A DNA stretch of 64,000 nucleotides from an uncultured Clostridia bacterium (GCA_934277645.1 CAKQUX010000003.1:71934-135933); one strand, 5' to 3'; positions 37,875 through 46,996 are shown, counted from the stretch's first letter. A program made the numbers and translations. The notes: generated from the letters alone by a model not told the origin.

Positions 37875-37897
37875 AAAAACCGCATTCGCGGTTTTTT
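37875..37897 (+). terminator. intrinsic terminator
   Basis: AAAAACCGC-attc-GCGGTTTTTT. Confidence 0.85.
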
Positions 37898-38353
37898 CTT
37901 TTTGCATAAATGTCAGCAAAAATGCCCGGCAAAATGTTTTGTACAACTAATATCAGGGGCGATATATGGAAGTAAAGACAAAACGTCGCCTCATCGACAT
38001 TGGCAAATTTTAAGTGACGTCAAAATTATGAAAAGATAGATATTTGCCGTTTAGAGCTATAAAAAATATGTCGATTTATTAAAAAAATTGCCGATTACAC
38101 TTGCGTATTTCGACTTTATTTGATAAAGTATTTATATAAATTTTAAATTGTTTGATTTTTTTAAGGTTTTTACATTTTTTTGAACTTTTTGTACGAATGA
38201 AAAAGATTTTAATTTTGCCTGGAATTAAATTTTATAGTATTATCGATTAAACTAAACTTTTTATACTTGTCAAATACTATTTAACCGGTTAAAGAGTAAA
38301 GTAAGGCGTCACTACTTCAGATTAAAATTTTTCGAACTGTTAATAGGTAATAT

Positions 38354-40327
38354 ATGTCAAGTGCAAAAAGAAAAAAAATATTAGCAGCCGTTGCCGTTAT
38401 ACTTACTCTTGGCGGAATTTGTACAATCGTCGTTATGTCTACTCAATTAGATGTGGTTATAGGCTCAACCGAAAAAGACAGAATGATTTCAAAAATCGGA
38501 TCGTACAGTAAATCGAACGAAACGACGATTGTGACGTATTTCGCTGAGAAAATCTCGGGTATAGAAACTCTTGCAAATATGATTGCGGACGTTTCAGAAT
38601 GTAACATATTCGAGCCTACGGAAGTTACGGCAAAATTCGGCGATACGGACGAGTACAAAACGCTGTCAGACGTCAAAATGACTTCGACCGTTAAAAAAAT
38701 CGTGGATTCATATCACGCGGACAAGGCGTTGAGCTATATCGGAGTCGCTAACGAAAAAGGCGAATCCTTTATGGATGATTACACCCTAAGCGGGGTTAAG
38801 TACGGCGACAGAATCGTGGATATAGGTTCTATGTCGCAGTTTAAACTTGCTATGGAAGGAAAGACTTACGTTTCGGGCGTTTTAAAATCGCCTATTTCCA
38901 ACAGCGAAAGTTTTGTCGTGTTTACGCCAATAATTCATAACGGCGAAATACACGGCGTTGTCTTTATGGGGTATTTAAGAGAGAGAATAAACAACCTTAT
39001 CGTCAATCTGATGAGCGATGCGAGCGCAAATTACGTTCTTGCAAACAGAGTCGATGGGGGCGGTTTGAGCGTAATCGCTACCGACTCGGAAATCGACGAT
39101 TCGATTCTTGCGACGATTCCTTCCGATACTCACGAAATTCAACAAGTAACGTTAGACGACATCGACTTTTACGCCGTTATGGCGGACGTGCATGGAAAGA
39201 ATAACAGCATCAGCAGCGATTGGGTGCTTATGACGGTTGTCGAAAAGTCTAACGCCGAAGCGTATTCCAAAAAGTACGTCGTGTATTCTCGAAACGTAAC
39301 GCTTCTTATAAGTTTTGTCGTAATTTTATGCGTTGTAATTATTGCGGTCGTTATAAGTTATGCAAGGCACGAAAAGACGAAAGACTTGCAGAAATCGAAA
39401 GCCACGCTTGAATTTTTGAAACGCTATACGTTTGAATACGACATAAAAGCCAAAAAGGTGCATTTCAGCGAAATAACCAAAAATCTTTTAGGCTTGGAAG
39501 TTATCGATTATACGTTCGACAGATTGGTTGAACTCGGCTATTTGACTTCTTCGGACGTAAACGCAATGAGCGAGCTGTATAAAAACCTTGAAAGCGGCAC
39601 GATTTTCGAGTATGAGTTTTTCTGCGCCAGACTTAAAAAGTATTTCAAAATCAGTGCGAGTTTCATATTCCTTGCCGACAGCGGCGATTGCTTTATGGGC
39701 ATAATCGAAGATATAACGGCAAACCATATCGAACGTGAGGAGCTTAAAGACAAGGCGCAAACCGACGGAATGACAAAGCTGTATAATCGTGAAACTTTTT
39801 CGTATAAAATCGAAGAAATAAAGGTCGAACAAGACAGCCTTGACGCTTTGATGCTTATAGACATCGATAACTTCAAAACGATAAACGACAGTTTCGGTCA
39901 CATGACGGGCGACAGAGTGCTTTTGGCGGTTGCCGATGCTCTTAAAAACCTTAAAGAAACTTGTCCGTTTGTCAAAGTCGTTTCTCGTTTTGGCGGCGAC
40001 GAATTCGGAATTTATTTATCGGGAATGAAAATGGACACCGACGTTTCGACGATTGCAAAAAGAGTTGTAAACAAAATTACTCTTTCAACCGTTGAAAAGG
40101 GTGTGGAAACGTCGATAAGCATCGGAATCGCTTTAAGAACGAAAGACGGAAATACATTTAGCGAACTTTATCAATGCGCCGACAATGCGCTTTATGCGTC
40201 AAAGAAAATCAAGGGCAGTTCGTTCACCGTCTATGACAGCATTGACAAGCGTACTTTGATGGCAGAAGACGCCGTGGACGACGCAAAAGGTAAACTTTGT
40301 TTGCCGTCAGACAAAAAGAGTCTTTGA
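38354..40327 (+). CDS. membrane sensor diguanylate cyclase (two TM segments, periplasmic Cache-like domain, PAS-like region, GGDEF)
   Basis: DGMTKLYNRETF and RFGGDEFGIYL active-site motifs. TM segments lie near residues 9-28 and 317-338. Confidence 0.8.
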   Translation: MSSAKRKKILAAVAVILTLGGICTIVVMSTQLDVVIGSTEKDRMISKIGSYSKSNETTIVTYFAEKISGIETLANMIADVSECNIFEPTEVTAKFGDTDEYKTLSDVKMTSTVKKIVDSYHADKALSYIGVANEKGESFMDDYTLSGVKYGDRIVDIGSMSQFKLAMEGKTYVSGVLKSPISNSESFVVFTPIIHNGEIHGVVFMGYLRERINNLIVNLMSDASANYVLANRVDGGGLSVIATDSEIDDSILATIPSDTHEIQQVTLDDIDFYAVMADVHGKNNSISSDWVLMTVVEKSNAEAYSKKYVVYSRNVTLLISFVVILCVVIIAVVISYARHEKTKDLQKSKATLEFLKRYTFEYDIKAKKVHFSEITKNLLGLEVIDYTFDRLVELGYLTSSDVNAMSELYKNLESGTIFEYEFFCARLKKYFKISASFIFLADSGDCFMGIIEDITANHIEREELKDKAQTDGMTKLYNRETFSYKIEEIKVEQDSLDALMLIDIDNFKTINDSFGHMTGDRVLLAVADALKNLKETCPFVKVVSRFGGDEFGIYLSGMKMDTDVSTIAKRVVNKITLSTVEKGVETSISIGIALRTKDGNTFSELYQCADNALYASKKIKGSSFTVYDSIDKRTLMAEDAVDDAKGKLCLPSDKKSL

Positions 40328-41064
40328 TACTTGCTATGGCAAACGACGAGTTCGACGTTTACGTTCAGCCATATCGTTATTGCCATAAAAACGCCTTAGG
40401 CGGCGAAGTTCTCACAAGGTGGAACAGCCCAAGTTTCGGACTTGTTATGCCGAGTACGTTTATTCCTATGCTTGAAGGAAACGGACTTATGACGCAATTC
40501 GATATGTACGTTTTGAACAAGGTTTTTCGTCTTGCGAATGAACTTGTCGGCTATGGCGAAGTCGGACTTAGCATTAACCAAGCAGTTGACACTTTTATCA
40601 ACCCGAGCTACGTCGACACTATATTAAAACTAAAACAAAACGTAAAATCTGACGTTGTTTTCACGATAGAAATAACAGAGCGCGGCGAATGTAAGAGTTT
40701 CAGAACTCTTTCAAAGACTATAAAAACTTTGAGCGAGCACGGAATTCGCGTGGCTCTTGACGACTTCGGCACGGCAAATTCATCGCTTGCGGTTTTAAAC
40801 GAACTTGAAATTGCCGAACTCAAAATAGACAGATCGTTTATGGCGTTTCCGAGCGAAAGCGCAAAAGCAAGCAAGGCAATAATAAGTTCAATCGTTATGA
40901 TTGCAAAAAAGCTTGGAATAAACGTTGTAGCAGAAGGCGTTGAAACAAAGCCGCAGTTCGATTATCTGTATGAAATCGGTTGCGACGTTTTGCAAGGATT
41001 TTATATTGCCGTTCCGATAACGTACGAATCGTTTAAGGAATACTTAAAAATCGACAGAGGCTGA
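40297..41064 (+). CDS. EAL-domain c-di-GMP phosphodiesterase, either a separate ORF or the frameshifted C-terminus of the preceding gene
   Basis: YVQP, EITE (the EAL position), ALDDFGT, ELKIDRSF, AEGVET and QGFY motifs. The frame opens only 3 nt before the TTG at 40297. Confidence 0.7.
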   Translation: MFAVRQKESLILAMANDEFDVYVQPYRYCHKNALGGEVLTRWNSPSFGLVMPSTFIPMLEGNGLMTQFDMYVLNKVFRLANELVGYGEVGLSINQAVDTFINPSYVDTILKLKQNVKSDVVFTIEITERGECKSFRTLSKTIKTLSEHGIRVALDDFGTANSSLAVLNELEIAELKIDRSFMAFPSESAKASKAIISSIVMIAKKLGINVVAEGVETKPQFDYLYEIGCDVLQGFYIAVPITYESFKEYLKIDRG

Positions 41065-41146
41065 AATAAGACACGTTTATAAACATTTGATAGCTTAAAG
41101 TTTTAGTCTTGTGATAACAATAAAGTTTTAGCCTAAAAATGATGAA

Positions 41147-41175
41147 AGTCTTATGAGTATTCATAAGGCTTTTTC
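41147..41175 (+). terminator. intrinsic terminator after the EAL gene
   Basis: CTTATGA-gtat-TCATAAG with outer pairs, followed by GCTTTTT. Confidence 0.65.
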
Positions 41176-41323
41176 GTTGTATCTGCCTTTAGTGTTGTGT
41201 TATTTTGGTTTTTATATTATTATATCTATAAGAATTATTATATCTACGATATATCTACAAGAACTATTACATTTAGAAAATCTGTCTGTAATAGTTCAAA
41301 AAACAATACGCATAAGGAGTGAT

Positions 41324-41617
41324 ATGGGTTTTTTTAACGACGTGTACGAAGTGGTAAAATCAATACCTTACGGCAGAGTTTTAAGCTACGGACAAGTTGC
41401 CGCTTTAAGCGGACACCGCGGCTGCGCAAGGCAAGTGGGATATGCGCTGCATTCAAATCCCGACCCCGAAAACATTCCTTGTTTCAGAGTGGTTTTTAAG
41501 GACGGAAGTTTGGCGAGCGGTTTTGCTTTCGGCGGCAAAGACGAGCAACGCCGCTTACTCGAAGCGGAAGGCGTTGAGTTTTATGGCGAAAAAGTAAAAA
41601 AAGAGTATTTTTGTTAG
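41324..41617 (+). CDS. MGMT-family DNA-binding domain protein (single-domain, YbaZ/ATL-like size)
   Basis: IPYGRVLSYGQVAALSG helix-turn-helix and an IPCFRVV variant of the PCHRV motif. AAGGAG SD before ATG 41324. Confidence 0.75.
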   Translation: MGFFNDVYEVVKSIPYGRVLSYGQVAALSGHRGCARQVGYALHSNPDPENIPCFRVVFKDGSLASGFAFGGKDEQRRLLEAEGVEFYGEKVKKEYFC

Positions 41618-41837
41618 ACAATTCTAACAAATGGTTTATAATGATAAGAGAAATTAAATTTAATAAGAGCATTTACAACCTTTTATTAAACTGAAAATGA
41701 GAACCGAAGTTTTCGTTAAAGTCTATAAGTCTTTAAACGTGTTTACGAGGGTCAAAACGTTGTTTTTATTAGTTAATGCGTTGAGTTTGTGCAAAAAATG
41801 AAAGTGTTAAGCGTTTATGCTTGACGATAGGAGATAT

Positions 41838-42659
41838 ATGAGCGAAGAATGTACGCATGATTGCAGCACCTGCAACAAAGATTGTTCATCAAAAAGTATG
41901 GTTGAAAAACCACACGAGCTTACACGAGTAAAGAAAATTATCGGCGTAGTAAGCGGCAAAGGCGGCGTCGGAAAATCGATGGTTACGTCTATGCTTGCCG
42001 TAGATTTAATGAGAAACGGGAAGAGCGTCGGAATTATGGATGCCGACGTAACCGGTCCGTCAATTCCGAAAATGTTCGGTCTTCACGGAAAACTCGATTG
42101 TGACAATACGGGGCTTTATCCTGCCGTTACAAAAAAAGGCATAAAGGTCGTTTCGGTCAATTTGTTGCTTGACGACCCGTCTGCGCCGGTTGTATGGCGC
42201 GGACCTGTCATAGCGGGAATGGTAAAGCAGTTTTGGACGGACGTAATTTGGGGCGACGTCGACTGTTTGTTTGTTGATATGCCACCGGGAACGGGCGACG
42301 TGCCGCTCACTGTTTTTCAATCGTTGCCTATTGACGGAATCGTCATCGTTACGTCGCCGCAGGAGCTTGTTACTATGATTGTAGAAAAAGCAGTCAATAT
42401 GGCAAAACTCATGAACGTACCTATTGTTGGACTTGTCGAAAATATGTCTTATATCGAATGTCCCGATTGCGGCAAAAAGATTTATCCGTTCGGCGAAGGC
42501 AACGTCAATGAAATTGCCGAGAAATTCGGAATCGACAGCGTAGCAAAATTGCCTATCAAAAAAGATTATGCGTCGCAAGCGGATAAAGGTCTTATTGAAC
42601 TTTTCGAAGGAGAAGACCTTAGCCCGATTGCGGAAAAAATCGAACAACTCAAAAAATAG
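41838..42659 (+). CDS. Mrp/NBP35-family iron-sulfur cluster carrier ATPase
   Basis: SGKGGVGKS deviant Walker A and a CPDCG motif. The N-terminus has a Cys-rich CTHDCSTCNKDC stretch. Confidence 0.85.
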   Translation: MSEECTHDCSTCNKDCSSKSMVEKPHELTRVKKIIGVVSGKGGVGKSMVTSMLAVDLMRNGKSVGIMDADVTGPSIPKMFGLHGKLDCDNTGLYPAVTKKGIKVVSVNLLLDDPSAPVVWRGPVIAGMVKQFWTDVIWGDVDCLFVDMPPGTGDVPLTVFQSLPIDGIVIVTSPQELVTMIVEKAVNMAKLMNVPIVGLVENMSYIECPDCGKKIYPFGEGNVNEIAEKFGIDSVAKLPIKKDYASQADKGLIELFEGEDLSPIAEKIEQLKK

Positions 42660-42797
42660 TTTTTAAGCGGTGTGTCAGATGAGCGTGTTTGGCATCGCCG
42701 CTTTTTTATTAAATTTAAAATGTTATTAAGCACTTATTGCTAAACAAGAGCCGCGAAATCTTTTGTTGTGCGGAATATAACGCAAGGGGGAAAAGCT

Positions 42798-44087
42798 ATG
42801 AAAAAAATTGTTATAGCAGGCGCAGGACACGGCGGAATAGTAGCCGCAATAAAACTTGCCAAGCTCGGATACGAAGTTACGCTTTTTGAAAAGGAAAACG
42901 ATGATTCAATAAGTTACGACTGGTCCGACGATATAATGCTTGAAGTTTTCGAGAAAACGGGAATTCCTTGTCCGCCGTCTGAATGTTTCGAGCCTAAAAA
43001 ACAATGGCGGTTTATTTCTCCCGATTTTAACAGCAACATAGTTTTGCCGAAGCCGAAAGACGAAATTTCGATAAAGCGCAGAGAATTTGCCTGCTATTTA
43101 ATTGACCTTGCTAAGGAAGCAGGCGTCAATATCGAACTCGGCGGTGCGGTGGAAAGCCTTGTGTTTGACGGAGATAAGGTTGTCGGCATAAAGGTAAACG
43201 AAAACGAGATTAAGGCGGACCTTGTTATCGACGCAAGCGGCAGAGATTCGGCTTTGCGTGAAGAATTAGTTTCGAAGAAGGTTTTAAGCTACAAAAAGGG
43301 AACAACCGATTTTTTGGGCGCTTATCGCGCGTTTTACGACTATCCGTTCGATGCGCCCGAAGTGCCTTGCGAGCTTATACTGTTCCATAATGGCGAAAAG
43401 GGTATATCTTGGTGCAATTACGGCGCAGGCGGCGAAGGCGACCTTCTTGTCGCAAGGTTCGGCGGACTAACAGACGAGGCTCTTACAAATGCGATTGACG
43501 ATTTAAAACCGCGATATGAGTTTCTGTCCGAAAACGTAAGAAGAGATAAAAAGATTACAATATGTACGAGATGTTCTCTTCCTGTTTTTGTGACCGAAGG
43601 TTATGCGGCTGTCGGTGACAGCGCGTTTATGCCGATGCCGCTTATGGGAAGCGGAATCGAATCTGCGATGAAGGCAGGCGCAATTCTTGCCGATGCTTTA
43701 AAAACCGATTGCGATATAAACGCTCTTTGGGAATACGAAAAAGAATACTATAAGCAAATCGGCGGTGATTTCGTACTTATCGACAGACTTAAAAACAATT
43801 TACTTAAAAAATTCGACGCCGACTATCTAAATGCGGTTTTTGGCTCGGGGATTATCACAAGCGAAGATTTCAACGTTCTTTCGACATCACAGGACGCAAA
43901 ACTTCCTAAGGGCTTTATCGGTAGCAAAATCAAACTTGCGTTTAAGAATTGGGGACTAATTAGACCGCTTATTCCGATACTCGTGAAAGGCTTGAAAGCC
44001 AAAAAGGCGGCTCTTAAATTGCCGAAGAAGTTCAATGTTAAAAAAATCGCCAAATGGCAAAAGCGTCTTGAAAAAACAGGATACTGA
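42798..44087 (+). CDS. FAD-dependent oxidoreductase (geranylgeranyl-reductase-like)
   Basis: IVIAGAGHGGIVAAIKLAKLGYEVTLFEK dinucleotide-binding motif and a GDSAFM motif. Confidence 0.7.
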   Translation: MKKIVIAGAGHGGIVAAIKLAKLGYEVTLFEKENDDSISYDWSDDIMLEVFEKTGIPCPPSECFEPKKQWRFISPDFNSNIVLPKPKDEISIKRREFACYLIDLAKEAGVNIELGGAVESLVFDGDKVVGIKVNENEIKADLVIDASGRDSALREELVSKKVLSYKKGTTDFLGAYRAFYDYPFDAPEVPCELILFHNGEKGISWCNYGAGGEGDLLVARFGGLTDEALTNAIDDLKPRYEFLSENVRRDKKITICTRCSLPVFVTEGYAAVGDSAFMPMPLMGSGIESAMKAGAILADALKTDCDINALWEYEKEYYKQIGGDFVLIDRLKNNLLKKFDADYLNAVFGSGIITSEDFNVLSTSQDAKLPKGFIGSKIKLAFKNWGLIRPLIPILVKGLKAKKAALKLPKKFNVKKIAKWQKRLEKTGY

Positions 44088-44186
44088 CATTCGATAAAAA
44101 CAAGTTTTTATGTGTTTTAAAACTTGATTTAAAATCGATATAATGCATTAAACCTATCAGCGATATTACAAGCAAAATGCGAAAAC

Positions 44187-44210
44187 AAAAAGGAGCGTAA
44201 AGCTCCTTTT
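44187..44210. terminator. bidirectional terminator
   Basis: AAAAGGAGC-gtaaa-GCTCCTTTT between convergent genes. Confidence 0.75.
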
Positions 44211-44244
44211 AATTTTATGTCGTTAAATCGATTAAACCGCTTTG

Positions 44245-45819
44245 CTATTCGTTATCTTGCGTTTCGTCGGATTGAGAATCGGCGGCGACCGAGTTTTCTA
44301 TGTTCGCTTCGCTTGCAGTTGTTTCTGCATTTTCATTTACGTCGTTTGTTGCTCTCTCGGCGTCGTTTTGAGTTTCGCTTTCCGACTCTAAAAAGTCGTC
44401 GCTAAGCTCGCCGCGTCTTTCGACAAGTTCACGATGCATTGTTTCTTTCGTTTTGAAATCGATTTTATACCAAAACATCGGAATCATACTAAGCAACATA
44501 CAGATGCCCGGGATAAAGAGATATGCAGCGAAAACCGTGTTTTGCATTGCGTCGGAAATTTGCGAGCCGTGCATACCGCCTTGATAACCTGCCGCGCCGA
44601 CGATAAATATACCGATTGCAACCGAAAGAGCATTGGAAATTTTGTTTGACAGCGAGAGTACCGCAAACTGCGTGCCTTCCGTTCTGACGCCTGTTTGCCA
44701 TTCTCTGTAATCGACTATGTCGCTGACCATAATCATAGGCAAGTATCCGTGCGGACCGAACGAGAAGCCGACAAGGAATTGATAGACTAAAATCGCCCAA
44801 AGCGAACGGAACGCCTGAACGCCCGTGACGTAGAGAATGAACGATATGGTAGTCATTGCAAAGCCGTATATTGCAAAGACTATGAACGTCTTTTTTTCGC
44901 CCCATTTCTTGTTGATAAACGGAACGACGAGAATAGAAATCATCGACGATACGGCGGACGTAAGACCGATAAGCCAAGGAAGGTTTTCGCCTGCCGCGGC
45001 GTAATGGAACGAACCGATCCAAATATCGACGCCGTCGCGAATGAAGACTGCCGCCGCTTGAACGCCTATGCCCATTGCCATATTTCTGCCGAAGCCGAGC
45101 ATATAGGTAAGGAACACTATAAGAAGCATTTTGTTTGTTTTAAGCTCTTTGCCCATTTCTTTGAAAGTCATTCTGTTGGACTTTGACGGAACGGCTTCCT
45201 TGTTGAAGAAGTAAATCAAAACGTAAAGGGCGACGCCTAAAATGCTGAAAAACAACGTTGAGATGAGATATTCCGTTTTGCCGATTACGTCCGATTTAGT
45301 GATTGCGCAAATGACGGGAACGACAAGACCCGGAGCTGCAAGTCCGATGGATTTTAAGGTGTTGGCTATGCCTGCGCAAGCGTTTCTCTCGGACGATTTA
45401 GGCGAGAGCAGAGCAAGCATACCTTGCGACGGAATGTCCGCAAAACTCATTGCTACGTTCCATAAAACGGTTGTAATTGTTATGTAGACGTACATTCCTG
45501 CCATTGTTTTGAAAGGAATGTAGATGAACATAAGAGTGGTTAAAACTGCAATAGGCAAAGCCGAGAATAAAATAAACGGACGCATTTTGCCCGATTTAAA
45601 CGTGCTTCGGTCGATAATGTTGCCTATGACGAAGTCGGCTATTGCGCTTATGACTTTTGCAACGAGAATGATTGCCGCTACAATCATAAGGTCGGCTTTG
45701 AAGAGCGTGGTGTAGAACTGCGATTGATAACTGTTCGTAAGTCCTATCATAAGCTGCAAGCCGAAAATTCCGAACGAATAGGCAAACATAGATTTTGCCG
45801 ATAAAATTTTCTTTTCCAT
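44245..45819 (-). CDS. MFS/GPH-family glycoside-pentoside-hexuronide:cation symporter with an acidic C-terminal tail
   Basis: 12-TM MelB/GPH-like architecture (DFVIGNIIDRS..., DIVDYREWQTGVRTEG). Confidence 0.75.
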   Translation of the reverse strand: MEKKILSAKSMFAYSFGIFGLQLMIGLTNSYQSQFYTTLFKADLMIVAAIILVAKVISAIADFVIGNIIDRSTFKSGKMRPFILFSALPIAVLTTLMFIYIPFKTMAGMYVYITITTVLWNVAMSFADIPSQGMLALLSPKSSERNACAGIANTLKSIGLAAPGLVVPVICAITKSDVIGKTEYLISTLFFSILGVALYVLIYFFNKEAVPSKSNRMTFKEMGKELKTNKMLLIVFLTYMLGFGRNMAMGIGVQAAAVFIRDGVDIWIGSFHYAAAGENLPWLIGLTSAVSSMISILVVPFINKKWGEKKTFIVFAIYGFAMTTISFILYVTGVQAFRSLWAILVYQFLVGFSFGPHGYLPMIMVSDIVDYREWQTGVRTEGTQFAVLSLSNKISNALSVAIGIFIVGAAGYQGGMHGSQISDAMQNTVFAAYLFIPGICMLLSMIPMFWYKIDFKTKETMHRELVERRGELSDDFLESESETQNDAERATNDVNENAETTASEANIENSVAADSQSDETQDNE

Positions 45820-46034
45820 ATTTTCCCCTGTTTTTGAAAAGATTTGTAAATCGCCGCCTTAGCGGCAAATATAAAACCTAAAATAATTATACATTATTAA
45901 ACCTGTTAAGTAAATATTATAATTCTCAAAACAAGCCGAATAGGCTAAAAATATCAAAAGATGACAAAAATAAAAAAAGTAGGGAATAATTATATAAAAT
46001 CTTAAAATTTTGTGAAAAAATTTATATAAAATTG

Positions 46035-46063
46035 TTGACAAAATTTAAGTTCGGTATTATTCT
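46035..46063 (+). promoter_or_regulatory. SigA-type promoter
   Basis: TTGACA, 17 nt spacer, TATTCT, followed by a strong AAAGGAGGT SD. Confidence 0.5.
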
Positions 46064-46084
46064 ATTATCGTAAAGGAGGTCAGT

Positions 46085-46720
46085 ATGAGTAAATCGTTGT
46101 ACAGCTTGATTTTATCGGACAAAGTCGTAGCGGCAGTTGACAGCGAAGCGGCAAAACGCGGAATGAATCGAAGCAGTTTGATTAACGAAGTTTTGGCTGA
46201 TTATTTGCAGATTGAAACTCCCGAACAACAGATGAGAAATATCTTTAAGAATATCGATAAACTTATCGGCGGATATTTCGAAGCTCTGCTTCCTTCAAAC
46301 AGCAGGTCGATGGCTCTTAAAACTTCGCTTGATTATAAGTATAAGCCGACGGTCAAGTATGAACTCGAACTTTCAAAAACGCCCGAAAACGATTTGGGAA
46401 CACTTAAAGTTCAATGGAGAACAACTTCTGAAGAGCTTACGCTTAAAATCGACGAATTCATAAAAATATGGATGGCGGTCGAAAGCAAGTATTCAAAGCA
46501 CGTCATCGGATACGTTTACGAAGATAACAAGTTTCAAAGGACTTTTGCCCTTCCACCGGGAATCGAGTTTAGCATAAGCTATATTTCAAACGGCATCGGT
46601 AAATATATCAGGTTGTTTGATAAGGCGCTTAAAAGCTACGCTACGGGTGGACTTAAATCGGCAGACGACGTTGAACGCTATTATTGCGACTACGTTTTGT
46701 CGATGGAAGAATTCATTTAG
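46085..46720 (+). CDS. ribbon-helix-helix (CopG/Arc-like) N-terminal domain protein with an unknown C-terminal domain of about 165 aa
   Basis: YSLILSDKVVAAVDSEAAKRGMNRSSLINEVLADYL fits a beta-strand, helix, helix RHH pattern. Confidence 0.6.
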   Translation: MSKSLYSLILSDKVVAAVDSEAAKRGMNRSSLINEVLADYLQIETPEQQMRNIFKNIDKLIGGYFEALLPSNSRSMALKTSLDYKYKPTVKYELELSKTPENDLGTLKVQWRTTSEELTLKIDEFIKIWMAVESKYSKHVIGYVYEDNKFQRTFALPPGIEFSISYISNGIGKYIRLFDKALKSYATGGLKSADDVERYYCDYVLSMEEFI

Positions 46721-46996
46721 CCCCGCATAGCCACGCAATTTTACGTTTGAAGAATAATGCCCGTCGGGCAGGGTTTCTTGTACGAAAAAACCAAGTGATA
46801 TGCTTGCGGCTTGGACTTAGTTGTTAAAGTGTTCGGCAGTCAAATGCCAAAAGGGACAAAAAGTCAGAAAACGAAACTAACCGTAATAAGTAGAAAAGAA
46901 ATAGAATTGAATTAGAAAAGAAATCGAATTATGTGGTCGGCGACTAAGCCGCATACGACTAAGCTGTCAGATCAGGTTCGGGAAGGAGGAATTTAT

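Noticed and set aside
44137-44210. Candidate ~65-nt small RNA: GATATAAT -10 element followed by the terminator at 44187-44210.
   Set aside because: The -35 is poor (TTTAAA). The terminator is already explained as the shared terminator of two convergent genes.
46721-46996. Search for CIRCE (TTAGCACTC-N9-GAGTGCTAA) or CtsR (tandem GGTCAAA) operators upstream of clpB. AGTCAAA and AGTCAGAAA words occur at about 46838-46870.
   Set aside because: The two heptads are 17 nt apart rather than 3 nt and are imperfect. No CIRCE-like inverted repeat is present.
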